Source: Methanobacteriota archaeon
GTDB taxonomy: Archaea; Undinarchaeota; Undinarchaeia; Undinarchaeales; Undinarchaeaceae
NCBI GenBank assembly: GCA_002687935.1
Contig: NZBN01000010.1
Span: forward strand, 1-55,615
Direction of reading: 5' to 3'
Length of the DNA: 55,615 bases
Below the pieces are notes generated by a model. It was given only the letters and a program-made list of their open reading frames with translations, was not told the DNA's origin and did not search any database. The position numbers and the translations under genes were made by a program. Positions 53,924 through 55,615 of the stretch are shown here, piece by piece (position 1 is the stretch's first letter; each line of letters starts with the position of its first letter).

Positions 53924-54604
53924 ATGGAGCAAAAACACGTACAAGAAGCAATCAAACAAGCTCGTGAAAATTCCAAGAAGAGGAATTTTTCTCAGACTTT
54001 TGATTTAGTGGTATCTTTAAAAGAATTTGATCTCTCTAAAGCGGAGAATAAAGTTAAGGAAGAGGTAGTTCTTCCTGCCGGCCGAGGTAAGCCTGTTAGC
54101 ATTGGAGCAATTGCCGAAGGTGAACTTGCAGAAAATGCAAAGAAAGCCGGAATTGAAATTATCGTTAGCAAGGCAGACCTTCAAAAAATGAAGGATGACA
54201 AGAAATCTGCAAAAAAACTTGTAAATAAGGTTGATGTTTTCCTGGCTTCTCCTGACCTAATGGCAGAGGTCGGAAAGACTCTTGGTCCTCTTCTAGGTCC
54301 ACGGGATAAAATGCCAAAACCAGTTCCTCCGACAGCGCCTCTTGAAGCTTTTATACAGAGGATGAATATGGTCGTTAATGTAAGGACAAGAGATCAGCCT
54401 ATAGTTCAGTGCCTTGTCGGTACTGAGGCAATGAAGGATGAGGAAATAAGCCAAAATCTTATGGCAGTTTTGAAGGTTCTTGAGAACAAACTTCCAAAAG
54501 GTCTTGGAAATATAAAAGCTGCTTATGTTAAACTTACTATGGGTAAACCTGCACTTATTGGGGGAAGCAAAATACAGGAAGATTCTGGTGGGGGCGAGGA
54601 ATAA
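53924..54604 (+). CDS. rpl1: 50S ribosomal protein L1
   Basis: KRNFSQTFDL, LGPLLGPRDKMP, VGTEAM, YVKLTMGKP. Confidence 0.96.
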   Translation: MEQKHVQEAIKQARENSKKRNFSQTFDLVVSLKEFDLSKAENKVKEEVVLPAGRGKPVSIGAIAEGELAENAKKAGIEIIVSKADLQKMKDDKKSAKKLVNKVDVFLASPDLMAEVGKTLGPLLGPRDKMPKPVPPTAPLEAFIQRMNMVVNVRTRDQPIVQCLVGTEAMKDEEISQNLMAVLKVLENKLPKGLGNIKAAYVKLTMGKPALIGGSKIQEDSGGGEE

Positions 54605-55615
54605 TGAGGGAAGGTGATATTCCTCAACAGAAGGTAGACCTAGTCAATGAGCTTGTCAATCTGATTAATGAAAATTCAGTTGTCGCTGTTGTAGATATTT
54701 TAAATTTGCCTTCAAAACAGTTTTTGCAGATGAAGCACGCACTTCGCGGAAAAGCTGTAGTGAGGATGGCAAGGAAGAGTGCTCTTCTACGTGCTCTTGA
54801 ACAGACAGATAGTAAGGGTCTTGTTGAGTATTTGAAAGGAATGCCAGCTATTCTAGTCTCTTCAGAAAATCCCTTCATGCTTTCAAAAATTCTAAAAAGT
54901 AGTAAGGCAACCGCCCCTGCAAAAGAGGGCACAACATTGAACAAGGATATAGTAATTCCGGCTGGCGAAACTTCATTTGCACCTGGTCCTGTCGTCGGCG
55001 AAATGCAAATGATGGGTGTCAAAGCAGCAATAGAAGGTGGAAAAGTTGTTGTAAAGGAAGATTCAGTTCTCGCAAAAGAAGGGGAAGTTGTTGATAAGAA
55101 AAAAGCAGACCTCATGGCGAAACTAGGTCTTGAGCCAATAGAGATTGGTCTTGATATGGTGGCCGCTTACGAAAATGGATTAATTTTCACTTCAGATGTT
55201 CTTAACATTGATACAGAGGAAACTCTTTCTCAGCTTGCTATCGCATCTGCAAATGCATTTGGTCTTGCGTACAGTATCAAGTATCCAACAAGTGATAACA
55301 TTGAAATGTTCATAAAAGAGGCATTCGTGCAGGCAAAGGGTCTTGCTATGGAGGTAGACTATATGTGCAGTGCGACCGCCGAGGACCTGTTGAAGAAGGG
55401 TGTCCGGGAAGCATCTGCTCTTGAGAGCAAGCTTCCAGCGGCTCCAGCTGAAGAAAAACCTAAAGAAGAAGCTCCTCCTGTAGAAAAACCAGAAGAAGCT
55501 CCAGAAGAAAAGGCTGAAGAAACTAAAGAAGAAGCTCCTCCTGTAGAAAAACCAGAAGAAGCTCCAGAAGAAAAGGCTGAAGAAACTAAAGAAGAAGCTC
55601 CTCCTGTAGAAAAAC
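54604..55615 (+). CDS. rpl10: 50S ribosomal protein L10/P0 (runs off the window end)
   Basis: Manual translation MREGDIPQQKVDLVNEL...LPSKQFLQM...PAGETSFAPGPVVGE...; no stop before 55615. Confidence 0.93.
   Translation, partial: MREGDIPQQKVDLVNELVNLINENSVVAVVDILNLPSKQFLQMKHALRGKAVVRMARKSALLRALEQTDSKGLVEYLKGMPAILVSSENPFMLSKILKSSKATAPAKEGTTLNKDIVIPAGETSFAPGPVVGEMQMMGVKAAIEGGKVVVKEDSVLAKEGEVVDKKKADLMAKLGLEPIEIGLDMVAAYENGLIFTSDVLNIDTEETLSQLAIASANAFGLAYSIKYPTSDNIEMFIKEAFVQAKGLAMEVDYMCSATAEDLLKKGVREASALESKLPAAPAEEKPKEEAPPVEKPEEAPEEKAEETKEEAPPVEKPEEAPEEKAEETKEEAPPVEK
55462..55615 (+). repeat. perfect 63-bp tandem repeat (KEEAPPVEKPEEAPEEKAEET) in the rpl10 tail
   Basis: Identical units at 55462-55524 and 55525-55587, plus a partial unit from 55588. 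Confidence 0.92.

Noticed and set aside
54624-55115. 163-aa minus-strand ORF
   Set aside because: Antisense shadow of rpl10, which the ORF track missed because it has no stop in the window.

Overview
A 55.6-kb window of an archaeal chromosome. Evidence: archaeal-type ribosomal proteins, RpoF, TFE, Spt5, Hjc, Nre, class I LysRS, Trm56, KEOPS Kae1/Bud32 and an archaeal SRP RNA. A form III-type RuBisCO, almost no biosynthetic genes, many charged protein extensions and several orphan microproteins suggest a DPANN-like lineage; this is inference only. Most of the window is housekeeping: rps28e-rpl24e-ndk, rpl21e-rpoF-DUF655-rsmA, kae1...bud32-rdgB-rps15-rps3ae-cca, and ftsZ-secE-spt5-rpl11-rpl1-rpl10. 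It also holds five intron-less tRNAs (Thr-GGT, Gly-GCC, Val-TAC, Ser-TGA, Gln-CTG). No CRISPR array, transposase or integrase was seen. The most unusual elements are: (1) two tandem paralogs built from 8 and 11 copies of an 18-aa (54-bp) beta-helix repeat with a fixed scaffold and shuffled variable positions; (2) an OapA-type GTPase with an inserted SAP-like DNA-binding motif bracketed by a perfect in-frame 20-bp direct repeat; (3) a 1314-aa surface protein ending in a cytoplasmic OB-fold, divergent from a TrmB regulator with a palindromic operator candidate; (4) a tRNA-Ser flanked by an acceptor-stem minihelix copy and tRNA-derived 58-bp repeats, bordering an accessory block with a Cys-rich peptide, a membrane peptide and an intact plus degenerate CPBP protease pair; (5) TFE with a histone-H1-like tail; (6) a 39-aa, 69% acidic microprotein next to hjc; and (7) a degenerate MtnA-like protein. 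All assignments come from motif recognition by eye; no database searches were run.
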